DNA of 64,000 nt, taken from an uncultured Acidobacteriota bacterium (lineage in GTDB: Bacteria > Acidobacteriota > Thermoanaerobaculia > Multivoradales > UBA5704). Made by a program: the position numbers and the translations under genes. Below are positions 38,342 to 48,165 of this stretch, piece by piece; within the stretch, counting starts at the first letter, position 1; the number at the start of each line of letters is the position of its first letter. The notes beneath the pieces are model-generated. The model did not search any database. It was not told the origin of the DNA and saw only the letters and a program-made list of their open reading frames with translations. Where the stretch lies: contig OY969474.1 of the NCBI GenBank assembly GCA_963700145.1, positions 4,512,001 to 4,576,000 on the forward strand, in the 5' to 3' direction.

Positions 38342-41300
38342 CAGACCTCCTCCGCGAGCCCGGTGCCGGCTCGCTTCCTTCGGCCACCCTTGCGGGGACC
38401 GTTCGCGCCGGTGAGTTGCGGCGCTTCGAGCAGGCTCTTCAGCGCAGCCTTCACAGCCGGCGAGGTACGCTCCCGCACGAGCTCGTCGATCGGTCGGGTT
38501 GGCCTCTTCCGCGCGGCCCACTTCCCGTCGCTGCCCTCGACCCAGAAGACCTCCTCGAGTCCATGGGCAATCGCGAAGCTTCGATCGGTAGCGCACTTCG
38601 GGACCACGCGCTCAGGCCAGAACCGCATCGCCGACCGCGACCAGTCCAGGTCACCGTCACAGAGTTCCTTCCAGGCAGCTTCGGCCTTGGTTCGTGAGTC
38701 CCGGTGAGGAATCAGGCGGAAGAACGGCGCCATATTGATTACGACCCCGTCGTCGACGCTCGGCGCCCACAGCGGGATGACGCGATCCAACTCCCCAGCG
38801 AACTCGCGAAGCTCGGTCACGAGGGCTTCAGCAGCGGCCAGAGCAGCGCGGGTGGCGGTGTTTCCCTTCTCACCGGCTTCGCTTCGTGCGGCCTCAGCAG
38901 CTCGTTCGGCGCGAGCCAGACGTGGCGCGAGGATCTCGTTGCGTAGGATGAACAGGGTGTCGGAGTTTGCTGCATGCGCCATGAGCAGCACGCCGAAGCT
39001 GCCCGACGTGGTGCCAAACCACGTGTAAAGCGGGGCTCGTCGACGTCCCTTGCTGTAGCGGCGCGCATGATCGGTGTAGAAGCCCGACGCACCGGCGTCG
39101 GAGAGGTAACTGCTCAAGTGGTCGACACGAAGAGCACCGCACAATTGCGCGAGGGCGTCGGGCGCAGCGTTCGGCCAGATGTGCGCTAGGGCCTCTTCGA
39201 GGAGACGGTCCGCGAAGTCGGGATCTGCCCGGTCGACGACAACCATGGCCGACGAAGGCAGGTCGATCGGATAGCCCCTCGGCTTGGCCGACTTGAGAAA
39301 GGTGGTCGGCGCAACATCGAAGCAGGCGAGAGGGGAGAGCTTGGGCGCGTCCTCCGCGAAGCGCCGGACGTCGAAGCGTCCGATCGCGACCCCAACCGCC
39401 AGCGACGTGAGCGCGCGCGCCGTCTCCCTCCTGCGATCGTTGTCCAACGCAGGCCGCTGAGGGCACCAGGGGCCATCGGTCGGCGCATCGCACTCGGCGA
39501 ACTCTTCCTTCATTGCCTCGACGTCCTCACGCTTGAAACCGAGCGACGTCGAAACCAGATTGTCGAGCGATGCCCGCGCCGACAGCGCTGCTCCCACCAA
39601 GCGTTCATCTTCGGCCAGCTCGGCGGTGATGAACTCGTCGAGCGTCTTGGCCGTGCAAAGCGCCTGCGAGGGGTGGTACTGATGGGTCGTTTCGTCGTTA
39701 CGCAGCAGCAGCATCGCGGCGCTACTGATCGAGTCACCGAGTTCACCGACCTGCTTCGCCACCTCCGGCGTGAAGTCCGGCCACGGGAGGTCGCCAACCT
39801 GGCCGACCTCATAGTGGTTCTGGTAGGCGCCCTTGCGGCCTTGGATTGACCCGTTCGAGAAGCTGAGGATGTACTCGGCAGGGCGACTCGAGAGATAGCC
39901 GAGCAACGTGCCGGCGCTTGTGCTCTTGGGGAAGGCCACCGACCCCATATGGCCGAATCCAATGCCAGACGGGAACGCGCGCGGGTTGAAGCCGAGGACT
40001 GCCCGCGCCGGGAACGTGACACCGGGGCGGCCGAAGAACTGGATGTTCTGGGGACGCGCCTTTTCGTAGGCACGCACCTCTCGACCATCGCGTTCCCAGC
40101 GGATGATCCAGGTGATGTCGTCCCAGAAGGGACTGTACTCGCTGCTTTTGGCGAACGGCAGCCAGTCCTCTCCAGCACCGACGCGTTCCACCGGCAGTTC
40201 CCACCACGCGCGCACGAAGCGCGGGTCATCGGCGCACGCTACGCCCTGCCTCACCTCCGCGCCGGTGCCTTCGAGCGCCGGGAAACGCGTCAGGTCGGAG
40301 CGCAGTGCGGTCGAGATCCAGTAGACGAGCGGCGACGTCCGATACGCGCGAAGTGCATCGATGGTCACCGCGAAGGCGGGTGGCTGCTCGATTCCTTGGC
40401 GTCGGTCCTTGATGCTCGCAGCGAGCGCGGCCGCCTTGTCTTCGGCGCGGAGGCATCGGAAGAACACCGCCCCGGCCTTCTCTCGCGCGGGACCAACGAC
40501 GGTCGCTGCTGCACCGACGCTCGCATTGTCGAGGACGTGGCCACCAAGGTGAGCCCCCACCGCGACGGAGCTTTCGGCACCGACCAGAATGCGTTGTCGC
40601 CACGTTGCAAGCGTGTGCTTGAACCACAGCGTGCTCGAGGAGACCACGCCCGTGAGCCCGCCGCGGGCCCATCGCGTTGCCGACGCATGTATGAACGCGG
40701 CACCGAGATCGTCGTCGCAGCTCGCCAGGTGTGGGTTGCTCGCCTTCTTCCCTGCGTTGGTCGGCTCACCAAAGGGCGGGTTCATCAAGACGACGTCGAA
40801 CGACTTCTCGGCGACGGCAAGCAGTCCGATGCCCTGCTCGGCATCGTCGGCGAAGAGCCTGCGTCGAGTACTGGTACGCGCCTCCTCCGATACGAAACGA
40901 AGGAGTGCGGCGCGGATGCGCTCCTCCGGCGGCGCGAAGAGGCTCCGGGTCTTGCCCCGCTCTGGTGTCTGACTCATGAACGTCTCGACCGGAAGCAGTA
41001 GACCGAGGTCCCCTGCAAGGTTCAGCTTCGCGACAAGCGCAATGAAGACTCGCCCGAGCTCCGCATCGCCGAGCCGCGAGACGAATTCCTTGGTGAGCTG
41101 CTCGTCGGCGACGAGCGGTTCGGCTATGACAATGTTCGACCGTCGAATCTGCGACCGGTCAACACGGGCAAGCGAGAGATCGCGGAAGGCGCGTTGCGCG
41201 CGCATCCACAGGGCGAGTTGGGCGATCTGTGCGCAGCGCGGATCGATATCGACGCCGTAGAGGTTGTGCGCGACCACCAAACCCGGCACGGCCCTCCGCA

Positions 41301-42306
41301 GTGTCTCGATGCTCGCGTAGTCCTCAGCGATCGTCCTTCCCGTCGCCTCGCTCTTTGGGCTCGCCGGGTCGGCGTGCGCCTCTTCGTAGATCGCGAGCAG
41401 GAGGTCGAAGGCGTAGAGCAGAAAGTGACCGCTGCCGCATGCTGGGTCGAGCACGCGCAGGTCGCGCGGGTCCTTCTTCGCGCGCGGCGCGAACTCCTCG
41501 CCGGGCTTGCGCACCATGTACGCGCATTTGTCCGCGAGCGCGGTCTCCGTGCCGCGCATCTCGTACCAGATGCGACCAAGCGTGTTGTCGGTGAGGAACT
41601 GGACGACGTAGCGCGGCGTGAAGAACTGATTCCGCACGGCCAGCTCGCGGCTGTTGCGCGGCTCTTGGCTCTCCTCGCGCATCTTGCGGCGCTCGTCGCC
41701 GCCGTTGAAGTACTGGTAGACCCAGCCGATCGTCTCGTCCTCGCCCCAGACGCTCGCCAGCTCCGCGCCATTCAGGAGGGCGAGCAGCGCCTCGAAGGCG
41801 GCCCTGCGCGGCCAGAGCACCGACGCCGGGTCGCGTCGGTCGAAGAGGACCTTGATCTCGGTGGAAAGCTCGTCGAATAGAGATTCGATGTAGAGCCGAT
41901 ACCCCGTGCTGTCAGGGAGAAGGAGGAGGCCGGCGGCCAAGCCGCAGAACTCCCGGTAGCCCGCCGAGTCTTCTCCCTTGCTGATGCACTCCTGCACCAG
42001 ATCGCGCGCCTCCAGCATCTTGAGCGCCACGAACCGGTTGAGCGTCGTGAACGCGGCGTCGCGGAGATAGTCCGCTATGGCCTCGGCATCCTTCATCCCG
42101 GCAGCGCGCTTGTGCTCGATCGAGGCCACGATCCGCTCGCGCTGGGCTGCGCGACGGGGATCGAGGTGCCGGCCGGCTACCGCCGCGACGGCGCCCGAGC
42201 GTTGGACATCGAAGTCGCCCTCGAGCTGCGCGGCGAAGTCCTCCGCGAGCAGGCCCCGGGCGCGCTGCGTCGCCCGTTCGATGGCGTTGCGTGTGTCCTT
42301 GTCCAT
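38341..42306 (-). CDS. pglX: BREX adenine-specific DNA methyltransferase PglX
   Basis: AAFTTLNRFVALKMLEAR, IGWVYQYF, QFFTPRYVV, VLDPACGSGHFL and MNPPF; located between brxC and pglZ. Confidence 0.9.
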   Translation of the reverse strand: MDKDTRNAIERATQRARGLLAEDFAAQLEGDFDVQRSGAVAAVAGRHLDPRRAAQRERIVASIEHKRAAGMKDAEAIADYLRDAAFTTLNRFVALKMLEARDLVQECISKGEDSAGYREFCGLAAGLLLLPDSTGYRLYIESLFDELSTEIKVLFDRRDPASVLWPRRAAFEALLALLNGAELASVWGEDETIGWVYQYFNGGDERRKMREESQEPRNSRELAVRNQFFTPRYVVQFLTDNTLGRIWYEMRGTETALADKCAYMVRKPGEEFAPRAKKDPRDLRVLDPACGSGHFLLYAFDLLLAIYEEAHADPASPKSEATGRTIAEDYASIETLRRAVPGLVVAHNLYGVDIDPRCAQIAQLALWMRAQRAFRDLSLARVDRSQIRRSNIVIAEPLVADEQLTKEFVSRLGDAELGRVFIALVAKLNLAGDLGLLLPVETFMSQTPERGKTRSLFAPPEERIRAALLRFVSEEARTSTRRRLFADDAEQGIGLLAVAEKSFDVVLMNPPFGEPTNAGKKASNPHLASCDDDLGAAFIHASATRWARGGLTGVVSSSTLWFKHTLATWRQRILVGAESSVAVGAHLGGHVLDNASVGAAATVVGPAREKAGAVFFRCLRAEDKAAALAASIKDRRQGIEQPPAFAVTIDALRAYRTSPLVYWISTALRSDLTRFPALEGTGAEVRQGVACADDPRFVRAWWELPVERVGAGEDWLPFAKSSEYSPFWDDITWIIRWERDGREVRAYEKARPQNIQFFGRPGVTFPARAVLGFNPRAFPSGIGFGHMGSVAFPKSTSAGTLLGYLSSRPAEYILSFSNGSIQGRKGAYQNHYEVGQVGDLPWPDFTPEVAKQVGELGDSISSAAMLLLRNDETTHQYHPSQALCTAKTLDEFITAELAEDERLVGAALSARASLDNLVSTSLGFKREDVEAMKEEFAECDAPTDGPWCPQRPALDNDRRRETARALTSLAVGVAIGRFDVRRFAEDAPKLSPLACFDVAPTTFLKSAKPRGYPIDLPSSAMVVVDRADPDFADRLLEEALAHIWPNAAPDALAQLCGALRVDHLSSYLSDAGASGFYTDHARRYSKGRRRAPLYTWFGTTSGSFGVLLMAHAANSDTLFILRNEILAPRLARAERAAEAARSEAGEKGNTATRAALAAAEALVTELREFAGELDRVIPLWAPSVDDGVVINMAPFFRLIPHRDSRTKAEAAWKELCDGDLDWSRSAMRFWPERVVPKCATDRSFAIAHGLEEVFWVEGSDGKWAARKRPTRPIDELVRERTSPAVKAALKSLLEAPQLTGANGPRKGGRRKRAGTGLAEEV

Positions 42307-42318
42307 CCGAGGCGCCCT

Positions 42319-45300
42319 TTACTGAACGATGACCTTCTTGCCCGCGCCGATCAGCCGGGCACATTCCTCGCGGACTCCGTCGAGCGCCGCGTCGAGCTGC
42401 TCCTCCGTCTCCACACCACCGGCGAAGTAGCTCCCGAGGTTCACGGCGACGACCCGCTCGCCGTCGAGGAGCTTGCGAATCTCGGCCACAGCACTGCGTA
42501 GGCGGCCGTCGCAGGCGTCTCGATCGGCACGGAGCTGGGGAATCGGCGTGCGCCCCTCGTCCCGGTGCGTTGCCCGCTGAAACGGCCCGGCGAGTCGCTG
42601 CTGCTCGGGTTCGGCGATCTCGTCCCAGCCAGGTGTCTTGACGAGGGATTCGTAGGCCTGGGAGTAGTCGGCGATCCGGGACGCGAGCGCTCGCGCGAAG
42701 CGGGCCTCGTATTCCGACTCGATCGCCTTGGTGTGCTGCTCGATCGCCACCAGATCGCGGAAGAAGGTCTCCCGCAGCAGAAGCTCTTCCAGCTCGTGAG
42801 CTCGGGTTCGGAGGTCCTCGCCGATGTCGGGCTCCTGGCGAAGAAATCCCCAGAGCGCGGCCTGGGCGTGGCGCGCGCGCTCGAGATCGTGAAGTCTGGG
42901 CTCGGTCAGGGCGGCTTCGAGCTCGAGGGAGCGCTTGATCGCGTCCTTGATCGTGCGATGGCTCGCATTGAAAGTGGCGATCGCAGCATCCTCCGTTCCC
43001 CGGAGGATGGCCTTCATCTGCCCCAGCGCTCCTTCCAGGAGGCTCCCGCCGGGCAGACGATGGGCGGTGAGAAGAGAAGAGGCCGAAGCCACGGTGTCCT
43101 CGTTACGGGCGATCTCGCGCCGGAGCTCGGCCGCCACCGCTCCCGCGTTCAGTTCGCGCACTTCGCTGCCAAACGTCTCCCGGAACGCCTCGGCGGCGCG
43201 GATGAGCTCCTCGAACTCGATCCCCTTCTTCGGGCGGAAGGAGGCTTGGCGGAAGAGGTTGTTGTTCGAGAAGGTCTCTCGCGCTTCGACCCCGGTCGTC
43301 GAGTCCAGAATCTGGCCCTTGCTCGTCGCCTCGATCTTCCCAGCACGCAGCAGTGACAACACCAGCAGCCGGACGATCTCGAAGTCCCAGCCGAAGGGCT
43401 CCTTCGCGAGCTCATCGGTCAGATAGCGCCCGCTCGCGGTGTCGCCGTAGTTGGCGCGTTCCTCGATCCGGTCGAGAATCTCCTTGAGCGGTCCGCTCTC
43501 GACGCGGAACACGGTTTTCCCCTTCTCGTCGCGCAGCAGGCCGAGGCTGGCGAACACGGGGGGGAGCCCTTGCAGGTTGTCGGCGGAAAAGAGGGCGTCG
43601 GCGCCCTTGCGGACCTCCGTTGCCTTTGCTGCGGCCTCCTTGAAGCGGTCGAAGACCTCGGGCAGCACCTGCCCGAGCACCTCGGTTGCGGTCTTGCCGA
43701 CGTCGACCGCCCGGTCGCCTGGGCTTCGGTCGTTGCCCCGGAAGTAGATGCGGCCGGCGAGGCAGGCACCGCGAACGAGCCGGCGCAGCTCATCGGTGTG
43801 GCGCCGCAGCCGAAGGCGCTCCTCGGCGAGGAGCGCCGGCGTGTCCTCGCCTTTCGTCTCGCGCTCCTTGCGGGCCAGCATCTCCTTGGAGCGAAACAGC
43901 TGAACGGTCTCACGGTCGATGGCGTCCGTCAGTCCGACCGCCCAGAAGACGCTCTTGCGCTCCTGCTGGCTCCTCACCCTAAGCTCGGCGGCCAGACTTT
44001 CAAACGCCTTCCCGTCTTCAGCGAGATAAAGCTGGAAGACGAGGTCGCCGGCGGTGAGCTCCCGTCCTTGGATCGACAGGCCTGCCTTGAAAGTCTTGGT
44101 GTCGTGGAGGGTGAACGAAGGCTGTGGCTGCCAGAATCCCGCGAGCAGCTCGGCATAGATGCGGTGAGCGTCGCCCGGCTTCGGGTTGATGCCGTTGCGC
44201 AGGCGCTCCCAGTCGTCCTCGGCCGGCGTGGGGATTCGGTAACCGTCGTCCCCGCGGCGCACCTGGTGCGCGGCCTCGAGCTGCCGCAACGCCTCCTTGA
44301 CCGATGCGAGCTGCCCATCGGCGTCGACGCTCGGATGAAGCGCCGCGGCGATGTTCTCGGCGCTGCGGTGCACGCTCTTGACGTACTGGAGGAGACAGAT
44401 GACCTTGGCGACGGGCTGCGCGAGCGGGTGATCGACCTTGCGCGCGATCTCGGCGATCTTGGCCCTCACCTCCGATCCGATGTTCCCTTCGACCAGGTCG
44501 TAGACATGGTCCAGGCGCACGAGGGCGCCAATGGGTTGATCGGCGAGGTTGACCGCCGGGTTGATCAGCAGCTGCTGCGCGAGCTTGATGATGGTGCGGT
44601 TCGCGCCCCCGACGTGCTTGCTCGCGCCGCCTTGGGTGCGCAGGCCCGAGACGACCTGGATGATGAGGTCGATCTGGTAGGGCAGGAGCGGGTAGAGGTC
44701 GACGAAGGCATCCCGGGTGAGCTCGGGCAGCTTGATGTCTGCGGTCAGCCGGATGTTCTCGGTCAGCCGACCACGATGCTCCTCGAAAAGCTGGCCGAGG
44801 GCCGTCTGTGCCGCCGCGTTCTTGGACAGGACTCGGCGGCTCGTGACCTCCGAGATGTCCGACGGCTCGAGGTGGACCTGAAGGGGAAAGCGATCCATCA
44901 AGCGGGCCAGCTCGATCTTCTTGTCGTCGAGGCCGCTGACCAGCTCGCCCAGCTTTTCCTGGGAGGTCACGACGACCCAGTGCTTACCCCGGCCCTTGAC
45001 GCCGAGGCTCTGAACGATCGCCTGCAGGTCGAGCATCTTCTGGACGTCGCGGGCGACGAACTGGCCGACTTCGTCGACGACGAACATCAGCGCGCGCCCG
45101 GGCTTGCGACGCTTCATCAGCTCGCCGGCGCGCTCGGCGAGCTTGCCGGGAGAGATGTCGGCCTTGTTCTTGACCGCCTTCACCCAGGAGTCGGCCGCGG
45201 GATAGGTCTCGGGGTCGAGGCTGTGCAGAACCCGGCTGGCCTCGCTGAGCGCGAAGGCCACCTTGCCCTTCTCCGCGTTCCACTCCTTGCCGAACAGGCG

Positions 45301-45861
45301 CCTGTACTCCCCCTCGAATTGCTCCAGCTGACCTTTCTCCTCCAGCCCGATCTCCAACTCCGAAAGATCCAGGTCCTTCGCGTAGCCGAGGCTCTGGAGG
45401 AAGAGCCCGTACATGATCTCGGTGAGGGTTTGGTTGCCGCTGCGAATGCCGCGATCCGTCGAGACGTCGAAGATGACGGCGTGGGTGGGGATGCGTTCAT
45501 TGATGCCGCGGAGGAGCACGGCGAGCTTGTTGTCGACGGTGCGCTCGGCGAACCGCACGCCCGCGGGCGAACCGGCAATCGCCCGATTCGCGATCGCCAG
45601 GCCGAGCATCTTGGCGAAGCTGGACTTGCCCGACCCGAAGAACCCCGAGACCCAGACCGCGATCCCTTCGTGGGGCTTGTTGGGAGTCTCCAGGTAAGCG
45701 TCGAAGATGCCGGTGTAGTGACTCCGAATCGCGTCGGTGACGACGTACTCGCTGATCTCCTCCCGGATGATCTCTTCGTCGGTCTGATCGACCTTGATGA
45801 CTTCTTCGATCCGACGGTGGATGTCGTTCGCGAAGAGGCTCTTGATCGAGGTGGGCGTCAT
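42319..45861 (-). CDS. brxC: BREX P-loop ATPase BrxC
   Basis: IEEVIKVDQ..EYVVT, VWVSGFFGSGKSSFAK, FVVDEVGQF, VVTSQE and YPLLPYQ motifs. Confidence 0.92.
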   Translation of the reverse strand: MTPTSIKSLFANDIHRRIEEVIKVDQTDEEIIREEISEYVVTDAIRSHYTGIFDAYLETPNKPHEGIAVWVSGFFGSGKSSFAKMLGLAIANRAIAGSPAGVRFAERTVDNKLAVLLRGINERIPTHAVIFDVSTDRGIRSGNQTLTEIMYGLFLQSLGYAKDLDLSELEIGLEEKGQLEQFEGEYRRLFGKEWNAEKGKVAFALSEASRVLHSLDPETYPAADSWVKAVKNKADISPGKLAERAGELMKRRKPGRALMFVVDEVGQFVARDVQKMLDLQAIVQSLGVKGRGKHWVVVTSQEKLGELVSGLDDKKIELARLMDRFPLQVHLEPSDISEVTSRRVLSKNAAAQTALGQLFEEHRGRLTENIRLTADIKLPELTRDAFVDLYPLLPYQIDLIIQVVSGLRTQGGASKHVGGANRTIIKLAQQLLINPAVNLADQPIGALVRLDHVYDLVEGNIGSEVRAKIAEIARKVDHPLAQPVAKVICLLQYVKSVHRSAENIAAALHPSVDADGQLASVKEALRQLEAAHQVRRGDDGYRIPTPAEDDWERLRNGINPKPGDAHRIYAELLAGFWQPQPSFTLHDTKTFKAGLSIQGRELTAGDLVFQLYLAEDGKAFESLAAELRVRSQQERKSVFWAVGLTDAIDRETVQLFRSKEMLARKERETKGEDTPALLAEERLRLRRHTDELRRLVRGACLAGRIYFRGNDRSPGDRAVDVGKTATEVLGQVLPEVFDRFKEAAAKATEVRKGADALFSADNLQGLPPVFASLGLLRDEKGKTVFRVESGPLKEILDRIEERANYGDTASGRYLTDELAKEPFGWDFEIVRLLVLSLLRAGKIEATSKGQILDSTTGVEARETFSNNNLFRQASFRPKKGIEFEELIRAAEAFRETFGSEVRELNAGAVAAELRREIARNEDTVASASSLLTAHRLPGGSLLEGALGQMKAILRGTEDAAIATFNASHRTIKDAIKRSLELEAALTEPRLHDLERARHAQAALWGFLRQEPDIGEDLRTRAHELEELLLRETFFRDLVAIEQHTKAIESEYEARFARALASRIADYSQAYESLVKTPGWDEIAEPEQQRLAGPFQRATHRDEGRTPIPQLRADRDACDGRLRSAVAEIRKLLDGERVVAVNLGSYFAGGVETEEQLDAALDGVREECARLIGAGKKVIVQ

Positions 45862-45876
45862 CGGTGGCTTCCCTGG

Positions 45877-46452
45877 TCAGAAGATCTTCGGCCGATAGTT
45901 GTGTTCAGCGTCGAGCACGCCCATGAAGCGGAGACCTGCCGCGCCATCGAGGTCTCCGGGATAGAAGAGGACAGTTGGCACGTGGACTTGGCCCTTGAGC
46001 TGCTCGAGCAGAGAAAATGTGCGGTAGACGGGGAAGAGGGCACCTGTCCGAAGGATGAACACCAGGTCTCGTCGCGGATCGGGGTCCGCGGGCATTCGAG
46101 CAACGACGAGATCCACGAGCGGGGAGTACTCGGACAGCACGGAGTGGATGGTCTCGACGATGGTGTCGACGCCCTGCTCGCGTTCGGCCGCGAACCATTC
46201 CTCGAGCGGTCGCTGCGACCGCATGGCCTCGTCGAGGCATTCGGCAAGGGAGATCCTGTGGACTCGCTTGCCCTTCTGCGAGAGGCGCGTCTCCAGTAGC
46301 GTGACTTGCTGCCGCAGCGCGAACTCCTCCTCCGGGTCGTAGCGGAAGAGTGCGTACGGCATGTCGTGGTAAGCGCTGATCCGCTGGGCCGGATCCACGA
46401 GCTCGAGGATCGGCTCGAGGTCCTGTTTGAGGCGCCGCTCGAAGTCGCTCAT
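45877..46452 (-). CDS. brxB: BREX protein BrxB (DUF1788)
   Basis: ALFRYDPEEE, GALFPVYR and LFYPG..LRFMG..NYRP motifs; ATGA overlap with brxA. Confidence 0.88.
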   Translation of the reverse strand: MSDFERRLKQDLEPILELVDPAQRISAYHDMPYALFRYDPEEEFALRQQVTLLETRLSQKGKRVHRISLAECLDEAMRSQRPLEEWFAAEREQGVDTIVETIHSVLSEYSPLVDLVVARMPADPDPRRDLVFILRTGALFPVYRTFSLLEQLKGQVHVPTVLFYPGDLDGAAGLRFMGVLDAEHNYRPKIF

Positions 46453-47234
46453 GCCACCATCCTCTCGGCGAACTCGCGCGCGCTCGCGCACGGCAACGAG
46501 ATCTGCACCAGACTGCCGGCAGCCTGGTAGTCGACCTTTCGGAACTGGTGCAGCCGGAGGAGCTCGCGTTCGACCTCGCTCGGCCTCATCAGGTAGAGGC
46601 GCCAGTCCGGAGACGCGATCAACTTTGCGGGCCCTCCCTGCTCGTCGCGGATCGCATGGAGGAGATACAGAAAGCTGCGCTCCGGCAGATGGTAGGAAGC
46701 GAGCTCCTTGCTGACCGCACCCCGGAGCAGGCCGAAGTCTGCGGCGATCTTGAGCAAGCCAGCAGCGACGCGCTCGGTGGTTTGCACCGACCAAGCGTGC
46801 TCGGTCGTGCCGCCGCGCTTTTCGACGCCCCGGAGGTACGGCACGACGTCTTGGGTGCGGATCCGAAAGGCCCCGGCATCGAACGCCTCGAAGAGCCACC
46901 CGGTGATGAAGTCCCGAACGAGGAACTCGTCGCGAGTCATGTGCCAGAGCAGGAGCGGCTTCCACTCTTCGACGGGCACGCCGTTCTGCGCCAGGGTCAC
47001 CAGCGACCGGTCGCGCGAATCGGGATCGAACCGCCGATTCAGTACCTTCGCGACATCGCGCAGCCAGGTCGCGCTCCGAGCACCGATGAAGTTCTCGACG
47101 CGCAGCCGCTCGAGGTTCTCCCGTTTCGAGCGCGTCAAGTCCCAAGCCGCGAAGGTGGCATACGTCTCTTCGACCATCGCGCCCTTGACGACGGTGAACG
47201 ACGAGACCACGTTGGAGCGGGACGCTCGCCTCAC
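46449..47234 (-). CDS. brxA: BREX protein BrxA (DUF1819)
   Basis: NFIGARSATW..VLNRRF, LVRDFI and WSVQTTERVA..LLK..DFGLL motifs; directly upstream of brxB. Confidence 0.82.
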   Translation of the reverse strand: MRRASRSNVVSSFTVVKGAMVEETYATFAAWDLTRSKRENLERLRVENFIGARSATWLRDVAKVLNRRFDPDSRDRSLVTLAQNGVPVEEWKPLLLWHMTRDEFLVRDFITGWLFEAFDAGAFRIRTQDVVPYLRGVEKRGGTTEHAWSVQTTERVAAGLLKIAADFGLLRGAVSKELASYHLPERSFLYLLHAIRDEQGGPAKLIASPDWRLYLMRPSEVERELLRLHQFRKVDYQAAGSLVQISLPCASAREFAERMVA

Positions 47235-47803
47235 GAGTCGATCCTCATGAAGGGCACGACGGGGGCGCCTGCCTCACCGAGCGTGAAGCCCAGAGCCAGT
47301 AGTGCGATGTCTTCGTCAGAGCCCGAGTAGATGCCGGGAATTGCGACGGCGCGTCCTTCCGCCGATCGCCGCAGGCGGGCAGCCGCTTCGAGCTCGGCGC
47401 TCTTGACCAGCCCCAGCGCTCCGAGTTCGTTTCGCAGGTGCTCCCAGCGCAATCGCTCCACGGCGAGGAAGAACGGCTCCCACTCGGGCGCCGCGTCCAG
47501 CCAGACTTCGAATCGAGCGTCGAGCATCTCCTCCAACGCGGCTGGCAAGCCCCAGAGCGTTACGGCCCCAGGCGGCGCGTACACCTCACAGCACCGGTGG
47601 GCCGCCACCGCGAAGACGGAACGAGCTTGAGCGAAGCGGTGAGTGCGCGGTAGGCCGCGGCGGAGGGCCTTCGCTCCGAGAGGCCCGAGCTGGCCCCGGG
47701 TGTTCCACCACCTCGCGAAGTCCATCTCGCCGGCGCGCGCGATCGCGACCCGGAGCTTGAAGAGGCGCTCCACGTCCACGATCGAAGCGACCAGCGAGCT
47801 CAT
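47231..47803 (-). CDS. brxE: BREX protein BrxE
   Basis: LRVAIARAGEMD..RWWNT, PRTHRFAQARSVFAVA..C and VTLWGLP..EE match the BrxE pattern; GTGA overlap with brxA. Confidence 0.78.
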   Translation of the reverse strand: MSSLVASIVDVERLFKLRVAIARAGEMDFARWWNTRGQLGPLGAKALRRGLPRTHRFAQARSVFAVAAHRCCEVYAPPGAVTLWGLPAALEEMLDARFEVWLDAAPEWEPFFLAVERLRWEHLRNELGALGLVKSAELEAAARLRRSAEGRAVAIPGIYSGSDEDIALLALGFTLGEAGAPVVPFMRIDS

Positions 47804-48015
47804 CGGCGGGCCTTCTCGTCGTCGGAGGGCTTTCGCGCCGCGCCCCCAGCGCGCACCCATTCGTCGACTTCGTCGGTCTTGAACTTCCAGAGCCGGCCGA
47901 CCCGATGGCCCGGCATACCCTTCTCCGAGACCCAGGAGTAGACGGTGTCGCGGCTCACTCCGAGGTAGTCCGCGATCTCTTCCACGGACAGCCAGCGATC
48001 GGAGACGTTGGGCAT
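47800..48015 (-). CDS. Excisionase-family (HTH_17) DNA-binding protein
   Basis: RWLSVEEIADYLGVSRDTVYSW...GHRVGRLWKFKTDEVDEW; ATGA overlap with brxE. Confidence 0.85.
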   Translation of the reverse strand: MPNVSDRWLSVEEIADYLGVSRDTVYSWVSEKGMPGHRVGRLWKFKTDEVDEWVRAGGAARKPSDDEKARR

Positions 48016-48057
48016 TGCGCGCTCCATGCGGATCGGACGCGAAAGTAAATTGCTGAA

Positions 48058-48079
48058 CAGCTCAATCATAGTCGAGCTG
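48058..48079 (-). promoter_or_regulatory. Inverted repeat around a -10-like TATGAT upstream of the HTH-BREX operon
   Basis: Minus strand reads CAGCTC-gacTATGATt-GAGCTG, about 45 nt upstream of the HTH start; no well-spaced -35 box is visible. Confidence 0.35.
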
Positions 48080-48165
48080 AGCCGATCAAGCCGGATCTCT
48101 CCGGTTCTTTTCGGGATGGTGTGGCAGGATGGCGGAGGTCCGAGGCCAAGCCCCGGCGTCCCCGA

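Noticed and set aside
38341-42306. Stand-alone type IIG restriction-modification enzyme
   Set aside because: Its position between brxC and pglZ and its PglX-type N-terminal motifs identify it as the BREX methyltransferase.
43570-46299. 909-aa plus-strand ORF (and similar long ORFs at 28105-29415, 34331-35686 and 54430-56640)
   Set aside because: These are antisense shadows of well-supported genes in high-GC DNA and have no recognisable motifs.
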